Shown: one piece after another, positions 1 to 13,400 of the stretch
Position numbering within the stretch: position 1 is the stretch's first letter
Layout of the letters: every line of letters begins with the position of its first letter
Notes under the pieces: generated by a model
Seen by the model: the letters and a program-made list of their open reading frames with translations, nothing else
Told to the model about the DNA's origin: nothing
Database searches by the model: none
Source: the human T2T-CHM13v2.0 reference genome, Homo sapiens
Length of the DNA stretch: 64,000 bases
Direction: 5' to 3' (one strand)
Assembly: GCF_009914755.1 (NCBI RefSeq)
Contig: NC_060930.1
Made by a program: the position numbers and the translations under genes

Positions 1-600
1 AATTAGTACAACCACTATGGAAAACAGTATGACTATTCCTTAAAGAAGTAAAAGTAGATCAACCTTTCAAAGTAGAACGTCCACTGCTGGGTATCTACCC
101 AAAGGAAAAGAAGTCATTCTATAAAAGACACATACACACATGTTTATAGCAGCACAACTTGCAATTGCAAAAATATGGAACCAACCTAAGTCTTCATCAA
201 TCAACATGTAGTTAAAGAAAATGTGGTATATACACCCTATAGAATACTACTCAGCCATAAAAATAAACAAAATAATGCCTTTTGCAGGTACTTAGATGAA
301 ACTAGAGGCCAATATTCTAAGTGAAGTAACTCAGGAATGGAAACCAAATATTGTATGTTCTCAGTTATAGGTGAGAGCTAAGCTATGAGGATGTGAAGTC
401 GTAATAATGATATAATGGACTTTGGGAACTCAGGGGGAAATGGGGGGGGGCGAGAGACAAAAGACTACATATTGGGTACAGTGTACTCTGCTCGGGTGCT
501 CTGGGTACACAAAAATCTCAGAAATCACCACTAAGAACTTATTTGTCTAACCAAAAACCACCTGTACCCCCCAAAAGCTATTGAAATAAAAAATAAATAA
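1..600 (+). mobile_element. L1 (L1PB-type) ORF2 3' end, 3'UTR and A-rich tail
   Basis: ORF2 C-terminal motifs (ctgggtatctacccaaagg, gaatactactcagccataaaa); L1PB-type 3'UTR (aaagactacatattgggtacagtgtac...aaatcaccactaagaactt); AATAAA and A-rich tail. Confidence 0.9.
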
Positions 601-689
601 ATGAGGAAAAAATTACCACTCATGATTTAGAAAATACCAGATATACACCATATATAAAAGTGATTCATGTATTGGCACTAGCAGTCAAG

Positions 690-1150
690 GACTTTAATTA
701 TGATTGGTAACGCCAAGAATATAGAGACAAATATAGAGAAAATAGACAAAAAATGGACAATGTAAGAGGATTGAAATCTATAAGAAAAAAGAAGTAGACA
801 TTCTAAAGCTGATTTTAAAAATATATTGATTTAACAAACCAGTGGGTGAGATTAATAGCACATTAGATATAAGAAAGATTGGTGTTACCAAAAATTAATA
901 ATTAAAAAGTGTTAAAAGACAGAAGTACAAAAATGAATAACACATAAAGTAATGTAAGCAATATGTGAAATAAAGAGAAAAGATCTAGCATACCTATAAT
1001 TGGAGTTTCAGAATGAGAGGAAAAAGAGAATGAAGCAAACACAATATTTAAGATAAAATGGCCAAGAGTTTCCAAAAGCAGATGAAAGACACTGACACAA
1101 GGATTTAAGAAATTCAGCAAAACATAAGTTTAATACATAAATGTAATATG
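690..1150 (+). mobile_element. Ancient L1M ORF1 fragment
   Basis: A-rich, degenerate ORF1 motif ataattggagtttcagaatgagaggaaaaagagaatg...aaatggccaagagtttcc. Confidence 0.6.
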
Positions 1151-1623
1151 ACTACAGAAAAAACAAAATTACATTTAAGATTTCTGTCTCCTCTCTTTCT
1201 TCCCTCTTTCTCTATTTTCTTATGGTTTTCACCAGATTATTTTTATTTTTTATTTTAAAGTTACTCACATACTTTAATCCCACCAGACATTTTTCAATTT
1301 CAGTTTAAAGTTTGAAAGACTTTAAGGGTAAACGATCAAATGACACTCAACATCCAATCAAATAGCTATTAACTAAAGCAATTACATTTTATGCCCAGTA
1401 TTCTTTCAGAACACTTAGAAAGCTAAATTAATCAATATATAATAAGTGCTAACATTTTAATTCAAAACTTTTGGAGTAATCCAAGTTTATTAAGACAGTT
1501 TTGCAGCCCAGCTACTTATGATCTACAAGTTGGGGTAGGCTGCAGGGAAAAAGAAGGAGAGTGGCTAAGAAACTGCACTCCACATTTGAAGTTGATAATT
1601 ATGCTTACAGTTCTGAATATCTC

Positions 1624-1988
1624 TGTATTAGTTCATTTTCACACTGCTATAAAGAACTACCTGAGACTGGGTAATTTATTTAAAAAAAAAAGAGAGGTTT
1701 AATTGACTCACAGTTCTGCATGGCTGGGGAGGCCTCAGGAAACTTAAAATCATAGCAGAAGGCAAAGGGGAAGCAAGACACATCTTACATGATGGCAGGT
1801 GGGGCAGGGGCACAGGTGTCACACTTTCAAAACATCAAATCACGAGAGAACTCACTCATTATCATGAGAACAGCATGGGGGAAACCACCCCCATGATCCA
1901 ATCACCTCTCACCAGGTCCCTCCCTCAACACTTGGGGATTACAATTTGAGAAGAGATTTGGGTGGAGACACAAGTCCAAACCATATCA
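1624..1988 (-). mobile_element. THE1D-type MaLR solo LTR
   Basis: Termini tgtattagt...ccaaaccatatca; perfect 5-bp TSD ATCTC (1619-1623 / 1989-1993). Confidence 0.92.
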
Positions 1989-2740
1989 ATCTCCTATGGG
2001 GACAATAGCAGAAAGCAGAGGAAAATCTCAGTGCTAAAGGAAGTGAGATTACTTCATAACACACCCTGATGATGAGAGGTTATATTGTGTCAACTTCTTA
2101 ACTTATACATGTAACTGAGTGATGACACAAAGAAGTAAATGCCATTGAAAGAAAGTTTTTAATACTCACCATTTCCCCTGGTAATGAGAGGCATAGCATA
2201 CCATACAGGCTACCCAAAGTCTGTCATATGCATGGGTAGGAAAGCAGACAAACAGAGGAACTGGGACTATACCTGTATGACAATCGTGGAATAAAGTAAC
2301 TAGGTGGAAATGTTCCCTACTGGGAACTAAGAGGAAACAGGCAGGTCAGGGTTAGTGGTTGGGAGGATTGTAATACAACTTCTGCATGTCCATGAAAGCT
2401 AACTTGCAGTAAAGATGTAAACAATATTGGTTGTTAGTTTGGCCCTGTGATCCAGCAGGCTTATGGAGAGGTTAGGAATAATAGATGTCAAATAGTCAAC
2501 ACAGAATCTGAAAATATGATTAATACAGGAGGAAATGTCTCACATTCCAATGTTCATGATGCATGCTTTCTTACTTCTTCCTGATTTTGTCAGCTTCCTT
2601 GTGCATGCTATAAATAGAGAATAATGAGTTTGTCCTAAAAAGGAGAAAGGTTTCACAATATGTTCGTGGTGCTTTACTGATAAGGTCAGCCCTTTTTTTG
2701 TGTATGTATAGAACATTGTAGTTCTGGTATTAGTGACCTT

Positions 2741-2900
2741 CATTCATTAATTCACTTATAAAGTATTTATTAAAACCTACTATGTGTTAGACATTGTGCT
2801 AGATGCCAGCAATACAACAGGCTCATAACATCACTCCTGCTTTCAAAAAGCCTCCTATCTAGTGAGAATAGAGATAGTCATACAGGTGATTAGCTTATAG
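2741..2900 (-). mobile_element. L2 3' end fragment
   Basis: cattcattaattcac...tatttattaaaacctactatgtgttagacattgtgctag, the typical reverse complement of the L2 tail. Confidence 0.65.
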
Positions 2901-4144
2901 TTTGGTTAAGTGGTGAAACTTAGAAGAAGAAAAATTAACTTGTAGAGGCCTTTGTAAAAGTACTTTATGAGAATTGGTGGGGTTGGATCCACATTATTAT
3001 GGGCTAAATATTTGATGGTCATATAAAAGTAAAAAACTTAAAATGCAGATAGTTTTGGCTATACTCTCAATCACACACTGTGTATTTGTTTCCACAATAT
3101 TGTTTATCAGTTGTAATCTCTTCTAATAGTGGTCTTGTTCATGCTAGTTTGAAGTCTTTCAAAAAGCTTACATATAATGAGCCAACTATAACACAATATG
3201 AATCATAAAATATGTAAAGTGAAAGTGCTACAGAAACACAAAAGATAGAACTATCGTATGACTATGTCTTTTGCTTGGGACTGTAAGAAATCATCCCATA
3301 TTTTTTATGAGTTTTTTGCAAGTCTCTGCACTAGGAGGTGAATTGATAGATTTTATTTCATCCTTCATTCATTTTAACCAACTCACCTGAGTTGATATGT
3401 TTTGCAGTGCCTAGACCAGCTTGCTCTGCCTAATGAGCATGATTTTAGGTGGCCCTATCTGGTTATCAGAGGGACTTTCATTTTCAGCTCCAACATGTAA
3501 ACAGTTTCAAAGTTGTCACTCCCATTATTACAATAAGAAAAAGGCTGAACAAACTTGAAATCAACAAATTTTCCCAGATGCATCAGAGAATTGAAGTAAC
3601 AGGGCAAACCCCAGACTCTGGAGAGATTGGAGAATACAGAGATTCATAGCCAAATACAGGCAATCACAGCCAAGATCAATTTAACAGGAACAGAACTGTT
3701 AGGCCACAAACTGGTGTGAATACTTAAATAGTAATTTTGATGAATTGCTGGAGACTAGTGTGAAAGTGACAATTCCGAGGGTTTCAGTCCTAGAGCGACT
3801 CCCACATTTTCACAGGTTTTACCTAATGGAGTCTCACTCTGTAAAGATTTTTTTTGAAATCCTCATATTTATGGCAAAGGAAAGAATAAAGTAACCATTT
3901 TGAATAAAATCCCAGGGCATTTTCCATAAGAAAGTCCTACTCTCAGAAGGAAATCTTTACCAGGTCCATATCTGAACTGGGAGAAGGCCAATTACCCCAC
4001 TCCAGCTCCATTTAGCCTTCCTACCTCATCTAAGGGGTGGAAAGGAAGCTAAGAAATATTCCTGAAAGGCAACAGCCCAGGGATGGAGACACACAAAAAG
4101 ACTGAGTCCCAATTGCAGTATAATAGAATACTTACCCACCCACT

Positions 4145-4171
4145 CACACACACACACACACACACACACAC
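4145..4171. repeat. (CA)n microsatellite
   Basis: About 13 CA units. Confidence 0.95.
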
Positions 4172-4786
4172 CCCTTACCATCACATCAACAGGACTCCTG
4201 TATAATAACAATGAATACAACTAAAGGAACAGCAGATCCTAAATAAAGCTCAGATCCTAAATAAAAAGGAGTCTCTATGGAAACACAAAGACAACAGAGG
4301 ATACAAAAACCAGGACTCTAGAGGAGTCTGACGCTCTGGCTCCTACAGTCACAGCAAATATTGAAAACAGCCTACCTTCTAGCCAGATAAACATAACTTC
4401 TTATGCCAAAGACCTATTTACCTCAGTTCTTATTACCTAATAATCATATCTGGCTTTCATAAAAAAATACAAGGCATGCTAAAAGGCAAAAAAGCACAAT
4501 CTGAAGAAACAAAGCAAGCATCAGAACCAAACTCAGATATGACACAGAATTATCAGATAAGGAAGTCAAAATTACTTTGATTCTTATATTAAGATCTCTA
4601 ATGGAAAACATAAAAATAGATATGCAAGAACAGATGAATAATGTAAGCAGAGAGATGGAAACTCCATGAAAAAAAAAATGGAAAGAAAATTCTAGAGATC
4701 AAAAACCCTGTAACAGAAACAGAGAATGTCTTTGATATGCTCATTAAAAGACTGGACATGGCCTAGAAATGAATTAGAGAGCTTAA

Positions 4787-5015
4787 CCTATTTCCTATTT
4801 AGGAAAAAAAAAAGTGCAGCTTGCTGCCAGCACTCATTTAATTTTACATAAACATGATCTTTGAGGCTGGAGCAGATCTGACTGATTTTCAATGTGAAAA
4901 TAATGTATAAAAACTGTTTTTGGAGTTATTTCTAAACAGAACTTGTCTCTAATCCTAATATAACAGAAATGTATATGATGGTTACAGACAATTCTTGGAG
5001 CAAATGGAAACTGGG
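4787..5015 (-). mobile_element. MER75B-like piggyBac non-autonomous element
   Basis: TTAA TSD at 4783-4786 and 5016-5019; MER75-family termini and body (gtgcagcttgctgccagcactcatttaattttacataaac). Confidence 0.85.
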
Positions 5016-8000
5016 TTAAATATATGTCTATATAAACTTGCCATACTGGATATTATAATTGCATATCCTCAATCAGCAACACTAGTTCATGGGCCCAGAC
5101 AAAGAACTTAAAAGAAATGAATTGGACACAGATTTAGTGGTGAGAGAAAAGAAGAAAAAGCAAAATTGGCAATTAAGGGTATAATAAGGTTAAAAATTTG
5201 GGAAATAATATAAGATTAAATCAAGTAGGGCCGAAATGGTATTTATATGAATAATTTGTAATAAAAGTTAAATGCACTAGGTAATTATACAAAATACTAC
5301 TTCACTTCTTTGGAGAAATGAGCCTAAGCTAATCTTTCTTAGATGATAATGTCAAGGCATTACACTTCAGGCCATTGAAAAATATTCTGGATATATTATC
5401 TGTTGATGGCTAGGAAACATTTTTTAATTTATTTTAATTCTGTGACACGTTGTTTCTGGCAGAGGAAGAAATAAAGTAACCATTTCGAAAAAAATCCCAG
5501 AGCATTTTCCATAATGAAGTCCTACTCTCAGAAGGAAATCTTTACCAGATCCACATCTTTCTCTCTCTCTTTCTCTCTCTTTCTCCTCCCCCTCTTTCAT
5601 TCTTTCTCCCTCTCACTTCTCTTTTTTCCTTTTTGCCCTCTCTCTCCCATCTACTCCCTACCACCAAAGAAATCAGGGGTTTACCTTCTTAAGACCATAC
5701 CTCATTTTCTCCTCTTGTACTTTACATTTATTGGGCTTTCAAATACTCAGAAGCCCTGTTTTCTAGTTCTTCACAGTTAACAATAAAATCTTAATTATAC
5801 ATACAAAGACACTAAGAAACAAAGAGATAAAAACAGCCTCTTTAAGATTACACAACTGTAAATCGAAAAGCTAGGACTCAAACCTAGGAGTCTTCATATA
5901 AAATTCATGTAATTTTTATCTTACTATGTTGCATTTCATATCTGCAGGGTTCCTCCTGCCACTTTATCATCCTCAGTATCATATACTAAATGTAGATTTC
6001 AATATGCATGACTAGTAGAAATGAATTTTTAGTTTTATGTTATGAAACTCCAATCAACCTGGATAGCATAGCTACCAAAGTCAAGCATTTCTTGCTATTT
6101 TGAAAAAGTTCATTTAAACTTTACTAAATACTGAGTTTAACCCAAAATCCTTCCTGTACACTAAGACAGCCTAGATGACTCCTCCTCAGTATAAAGGACT
6201 GGGCATGTTTAACATTGCTAGGACAATGCTATTTAGAGTTTAGGAGAAGCTAGCAGGACACTTTGACCTGGTGCCGTCCACCTTCCAAACACACTCAACT
6301 ATTTCATATAGACAGAAATATAGTTTTAACCCCTGAACTAGTGGTGACATCTTTTCTCTCCTGAGGCTGAATTATGGATCCCTCACATCTTATCTGAAAC
6401 ACATTTTTACCACTCTTTGTTCTGCTCAACTCCTCACTTTCTCTGTTAAACTATTTATTTCAGTTAAGTATATCACAATTTATAGGCTATATTTTTCAGT
6501 TCATCTTGACCCAGGGTCCTGGAGAGTTTCCCTTATTCATTATTATTTTATAAAACACTCACTATATTCTATACCATGGGCTCAGTGTCGTGTAGAAAAT
6601 ACAAACAAAGCTCAGCTCTTGCCCAGAGAGGTCAAAATCTGCTAGAGAAAGTGGGCATATGCATAGATAATGCTAGTACTGGAATATAAATTTCCCAAGA
6701 GAAACAGAAGAAGAACTCAAGAGTTTTTCCCCAAACGTTCTTATTTCCTTCACTTTAATATTTACTACCCTTGATGGTACCAAGCTTAATTTTACATGCA
6801 AGCATGTTTGGCTATTTCAGCATCAGAAATTATTTAGTAAAAAATAACCATAAATAAAAACCAAGTGACATTTTCAGTATTTCACTTCTTAACCAGAATA
6901 ATCTTCATCCACATAAGGATGTTACAGAGGGAAAGATATCATATAAACATCACATTTAAGCTTCAGAAATGGTTTCAATTAAAGAAATGCTATTATCTCC
7001 TAAGCCCAGCCATTTAAATTCTATCAGAGAGTCTTGGCATTGTTTTGCTTAATAAACACAGTTTCTAAAATAGTGCAAATTAATTGAGTGTATTTAGTTT
7101 ATACATATGTTGCTGCAATAGAGCTTCACAGTAATAAGTATAATTAACAAGAAAATAGCAGCAAGGCATAGAGAACCCTATAATTTCCAACCACTTGTTA
7201 TTAGTACCCATAAGAAATACCTCAAAGTTCATTATCTCAAATTTTCATGAAACTAAGTGAGTATAATTAAGAGCTCAACAGCTCCTCCATTTGTTTGTTA
7301 AACAGGGTCTCATGAGCCTCACTGAAAGAGGTATGATTTAAGAATGTTTTACTGGAAAAAATATCAGGCTGAGCAGATTTTTATAACCAAAGTGTTCAGA
7401 AAACATACATACCATGTGCAAAAGATAAATAAAAAACTAAAAAGACAATGGTGTTTTGCTAATTTTAACTTCATTAACTATTAACTGCTACTAATATCTA
7501 AGATGTTCCTCCCTTTGAAAAATATGAGTATTTTCAAAAGAGGTCTGGACTCAGCAAAATTTGTGCATTGCATATTATTTGAGTTAACACACAATGTTTA
7601 TAAAACTGTTTGGAAAATTAACAAAATAAAAATTCAAGGCTGAAATTCAGCTATAAGACAATGGCTTTATTGGAGATTCATGACTAATACTTTGAAATGT
7701 ATATGGTCTTTCCTCATAACTCATCTTAGGTTTCAAATGTGTTGTGTTTCTGAGGGTTGCTCCTGGACTATTCCCATATTCAGTAGATGCCATTGCCTCC
7801 ATATTGTGATTGCTGTTAAGCTAAAGACAAAACAGTCAAGGAAGGGACAGACCGGCAAGCAAAATATTCAGGAAAGTGCATGACTGGAAATCATGGATGA
7901 GAAGCAAAGAGGTAAAAATAACCTTTAATTATAAGTATATATACACACACAAACAAACATACATGCAACTGGTAAAATGAAAAACCAAGGCTCAAAGCCA

Positions 8001-8024
8001 TAAACCTGAATCCAAAATTCATAT

Positions 8025-8204
8025 GACAGTCTCCTCAAGGATGGCTCCTAAAGATCTTTGCCATTTAGGATTTGTAATCTTGTTTCCTCCCTGCTCATAT
8101 TGTGGCAAAGTTGGTCTTTGTGATCAATAGAATGTGGCAGAAATGACGGTATATCATTTCTGATAATAAGTGTTAAAAAAAAAAACACGGTCCCATCTTG
8201 GTTG

Positions 8205-8250
<46 letters not shown>

Positions 8251-8574
8251 TTATTTACACTGAGAGAAGCCAACTGTCCTGTCATGAACAGCGCAGTAGA
8301 GAAGCCCATGTTGTAAGGAACCACGGTCTTTAGCCAACAACAGCATAAATGATCTTAAAAACAAAGCAGATCCTCCCAGTCCAGTCAAGCCTTCAGATGA
8401 CTTCAGCCCTGATCAGCAGCTTGACTGGAACCTCATCAGAAACCCTGAGCCAAAACTATGCAGTAGCCACTCCTGGATTTCTGACCTGCAGAAACTATGA
8501 GATAATAAATATCTATCACTTTAAACTTCTAAGTTAAGGGAAAATTTGTTATGCAGCAATATATAACAAGATAA
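8025..8574 (+). mobile_element. MLT1F-like MaLR LTR containing a (CT)n tract
   Basis: ccagtcaagccttcagatgacttcagcc...aaactatgagataataaat...tttgttatgcagcaata; (CT)n at about 8212-8247. Confidence 0.8.
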
Positions 8575-9427
8575 CCATGGGCCAAATTTTAATAAAAAGG
8601 TCTAATAAATGTGCTGGGTGATGTTCATATTATATACTAATATTAGAAAAACAAGAGTTTTACAGACAGAGCTAAGACTGGTCTCCAGGGTACTGAGCCA
8701 CATGGGAAAACATGGGCAAGAACCAGTATTTGCAGCCTTAAATTCAAGCTGGGAAAGTGAATTTGTTAAATGGATTCTGATTATAAGAAAATAGATCTAA
8801 GTTTTATGTTCATAGGAGATGAGGAATCAGGCATGGAGAGGTGTAGACTAATCCTTTTGGAATAGCATGATCTTGCCCTGCGTAGAAATCCAAGCTTATC
8901 TCATGCCAGGTCTCTCTCAGTTCATCCTGTTATAGTCACATTGGGTTTCTATTGTTTTTTAAGAAAGGCCAAGCCCATTCCTGTCTCAGGACATTTGAAA
9001 GACTCTACAACCAGCTCTTAGCATAACAATCCCTTTTCCCAACCACATTCTGTGAGTACATCCACATGCTAGTATTCCTCTTCCAAAATTTATCACAATT
9101 GTTTGTATATTTATTTACTTGCTTCTTAACTGTTATTAAAAATTAATGAGGGCAGATATATTTTCCCTTCTGTTCACTTCTATATTCACTAAGCCTTACA
9201 TATTTCCTGACATGTTGAAACTACTAGGAAAGTAACTGTGGAATCTTATAACAGGTGATTCCTTACAACCAAAGGTATAATAATTGCTAATCTCAAAAAT
9301 GGGGGGTATTCGCCTTTGGCCTGCACTATAATACTTTATGGGAGCAAATGACGTTAGCAGGTAATGTGTTTCCCAAATTCTCCTGTGCTGAGGATTTCAA
9401 GGGAGTACTGTTTTCTCTAAGGTAAGG

Positions 9428-9616
9428 TAGTGGTTCTCAAATGGTAGTGTGTATCAGAATCACCTGAGGGGCTTGTTAAAACACAGATGACTAAACACCA
9501 TCCCAGAGTTTATGATTCACTTGGTCTGGCATGGAGTTCCATGAATTTCTATTGCTAACAATTTTCCCAGTGATGCTAATGCTGCTGGTGCAGTGATCAC
9601 ACTTGGAGAACCACTG
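9428..9616. mobile_element. MER5A (hAT-Charlie MITE)
   Basis: TIRs tagtggttctcaa / ttggagaaccactg; atcagaatcacctg core. Confidence 0.88.
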
Positions 9617-9628
9617 ATCCAAGGAACA

Positions 9629-9703
9629 TTCACCATACCCAGTAATATTTACATATGTTCTTTATTTCACCATACCCAGTAATATTTACATATGTTCTTT
9701 ATT
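9629..9703. repeat. Perfect 37-bp tandem duplication
   Basis: ttcaccatacccagtaatatttacatatgttctttat twice. Confidence 0.95.
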
Positions 9704-12654
9704 ACTCCCATACTTGTTAAAATGGAGATAAGCAAATAGTAACACCATTTACACAGCCACAACTTATGCTTTCTTCCTGCTAAACCTGGAAAAATTAATG
9801 GATCTCTGAAAAAGGAAGATGTGGAAAAAATGTAACTTTAAGCCAGGAAAAAAATGTTCACAGGCTATCTCATCTCTCAGTAAAATAAATAAAACTCATA
9901 TTCCAAGAAAGTAGCTTACATAGAATTGATATCATGCCTCTTGGAAATGCCAACAAAAGACATCTGTGAGTCATTACGTGACCAAATTTTGTGTGGGATT
10001 CGGAATTTGGGTAGACATATGTTACAGAAAATTCTACACATTTCTTTAAAACCTATATTTCTATGTCTTCTGTTCTAATCGTTATGGAGATTTTATTATT
10101 ATTAAAATTTAGACATTATTCATCTTTAAGTCCTTGGTCCTTAACACATTTTTTTGTTTATTTAGTGGATTACTTGTTTTATATTTTAATTGATAAAATT
10201 GTACATTTTATAGGGTATAAAATTAAAACAAAATTATAAATTTACAGTTATACTAAGACAGGAACATTGGGCACAGTAGAAGTGTGAGTAGGACCTATAT
10301 TATATCAGTAATAAGCATAGTCTTAGACATGAACCACTAAGGATAATAGGGATAGTAATAATGATAATCTTATACATGAATCATTCTGTAAATGCCCATT
10401 GTTATTATTTCTGGGGTCTCTAAGGAGAGCCAATAAATAGCATACATTTTCCCTTTCCAAATTCTGAAAAAAAGAAAAAAGGGAATCTGGTGGAGGCCAA
10501 AATCACTGTAATAAATAATAAAAACAAAATTAGAGTGGAGAGCTTAATGTGAGCAAAAAAAAAAAAAAAAAGCCCTTCACACAGAAAGAACCTGCTCAGG
10601 TTAAGATTTACTGGACAGATGATTAGTGGATACTCACTCCTGGTTTAACCTTATCACAAACTTACCAAAGATAAGCCACCCTTTTACACTGGAGTAGAGT
10701 AAGTAAAAAGATGGGAAGAAAAACAATGTTGCACCAGTTCAGTCCCTTCAGCAGGAAACATGAGAAGAGAGACGTGTCCCCACCACTGATACGGCTACTA
10801 GTACTGTACTTTTGAAAGTAATTCATCTCTTTATTTGAAGAGACATTTCTGTGTTTAAAGGTTAAAAAAATCTAGCCTCAATAGTTGATACCAAGATATT
10901 TGTTTCCCAAAAACTTCTTAGCATGCATTCAAGGTTCTTCATGATCTCATCCCCATTTACGTCCCTAATACCATGGCTCATCCTTGCTGTGTTCCTTCCT
11001 CAGGACCCAATGTCTCCTCCCATTCCAGGTCTCCTCACCAAGGAACTATAGAAAAGCTTGATTGACCTTCCCCCGGCTGAAGTATCTGCATGAGCCTCAC
11101 ACTGCACAGTCCTACATTTCTTTAAAATAATAGATTTATACATGTCCTCATGCCAGCTCCAATCTTGTGAGACTCAACCTCTATAGCAAGGTCCAGAAAC
11201 CAGAAGTAGAACAGGTCTATCAACTGTGGCTCTGCCACATTGTCCCACCACTCGAAGAGCTTACAATTTATTTAAAATATAAATCATGAAAAGTTGGCTA
11301 ACAGTACTAGACTGTAACACCAATGCTTCTCTACTATTAATATTATACTGTGTAATGAAACATACTAATCTTATCAACATAAGGTCTGTTCCATGACATT
11401 AGCCCATTCTCCTATTTTAGAGTTTCCCACTTCTTATATCTTGTATATTGCAAATTATTTTATGGGTTCTGCTTCATAATATTGTTATAATTGTTTTCTG
11501 TAATTTCAACATAGTCTAGAACAAGATGAAAATTCATATTTTCATCAAGCTCACATGGAATATTCTCCAAGATATATTATCTTCTGGACAATAAAACAAA
11601 CTTTAACAAAGATAAAAGAATTGAAATCAAAATCAAAAAGGTATGTTCAGTGACCATATTGAAACTAAACAAGAAAACAATACAGAAAGATATCAGAAAC
11701 ATTCTAAAATACTTGGAAATTTAAATAGAAAACAACTTCTAAATAACCTATGAGTCAAAGATAAAGTGTCTGGGAAAATAAGAAAGTATTTTAACTGTAA
11801 AATAAAATAAAAATAAAAATAACATATCAAAATGTGTGAGAAGGAGATAGAGAAGTACTTAGAAATTTATAACATTAAAGATTCTAAACATTTAATAATT
11901 ATAACATTAAATGTTTAGAACATTATAAATGTATCAAACAATCTAAAATTCCACATTAACAAACTAGAAAAAGAAGAACAACTTAAACCCAAGCAGCCAG
12001 AGCAATGATACTACTAGCAGTAGAAATAATAATCATAATAAATATTAGAGGGAAAATCAATGAAATAAAAAACAGAAAACAGAGATCTGGTTCTTTGAAA
12101 AGACTAATAAAATTAAAAAGCTTCTAGCCAGAGTAACCAAAAAAAATAAAAATAAAAAGACACAAATTACCATTATCAGGAACAAAAAAGAGACTATTGC
12201 TACATACCACATGGACATTAAAAGAATAATAAGGAATAAAAACTGTGAACAACACAATGCTGATAAATTCAGCAACTTAAAGGGAATGTACCCATTCCTT
12301 AAAAATTGCAAACTACCAAAATACATTTATGAAGAAATGGGTAACCTGAATTTTTCTATATCTATGAAATGAAATAAAATTGAATTAGTAATAAGGAAGT
12401 TTCCACAGGAAAATTTCAGGCCCAGACAGTTTTTAAAGGTAAGAAGGAAATAACACTAACACTACATAATATATTCCAGAAAACAGGAGAGGGAACACTA
12501 GCCAACTCATTGGTCCAAGATTGCCCTGATACCAATATAAGACAAAGACATCATTAGGAAATAAAACTACAGACCAATATTGCTCATGAACATGTATGCA
12601 AAAAACCTCAACAGATATAGAGTTGAATTCAGCAATAGAGAGAGGTTAAAATAC

Positions 12655-13218
12655 TGTTGCAGGAAACGAGAGACCAGATGGGTGGAAAAGGAGGATTTTA
12701 TTTAGGTGGCCACTGGCTCAGCAGATTAATATCCAGAGGCTGAGCAATTAACGAAGAGAGGGCTTGACTTTTATTCATGCAACTGAAGGGGGGTGGCTTG
12801 CCACTGGCACGAAACTTGTAGGGCGGGGAAAGCAAGCTTACAGAAGCAGAACAAAGGCAGTTAATCAAACTGTGAAGGGTTCCTAACTCAGGCTTACGTA
12901 TGACTCTTGCTATGCAGGCCAGGTGGCTGCTATCTAGGTTTGCTCAAGATGCCTACACAGCCTTATCTTGTGTCCTTCACTAGGTGCCCAGATGGCTGCA
13001 ATCTAAGCTTGCTCAAGCATGTCTCATGACCTCCGCTGTGCTACTCAGATAAAAAACAGACTTACAGACACTAGTTACAGAAAACAGGAAACCATAAACT
13101 CATAAAAACTTGCAGAGCAGGGTACAATCTCATGGAGGGGGTTGGGATTGGAGGGGGAAGCTGCTTATACCAAAGGAAAGAGGGAAAATTTGTTTTTCCT
13201 CCCATATCTCCTGCTTCA
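12655..13218 (-). mobile_element. ERV1-class solo LTR (LTR38-like, tentative)
   Basis: TG...CA termini, minus-strand AATAAA (tttatt) near the left end, 4-bp TSD ATAC/ATAT; cleanly interrupts L1 ORF2. Confidence 0.75.
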
Positions 13219-13355
13219 ATATCACAACCAAATAGGATATATCCTAGGAATACGAACCTAGTTCAACATTTGTAAATCAAATATGTAATTAACAAACTAA
13301 CAAAGAAAAACCAATCATCAAAAAACAGACAAAGCATTTTACAAAAGTCAACATA

Positions 13356-13400
13356 ATATTCTGGTTTCTCTTCAGATCGTATAAATCTTTTGCCTTTTAC
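13356..13400 (+). pseudogene. 3'-truncated (tailless) U5 snRNA retropseudogene, nt 1-45
   Basis: atattctggtttctcttcagatcgtataaatcttttgccttttac matches the U5 5' end; flanked by an imperfect ~19-bp TSD. Confidence 0.9.

Larger units (their letters stand above)
3471..5050 (+). mobile_element. Old L1M 5'UTR and ORF1 start, interrupted by MER75B
   Basis: L1M 5' motifs and ORF1-like acaatctgaagaaacaaagcaagcatcagaacca...gcaagaacagatgaataatgtaagcagagagatgg. Confidence 0.7.
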
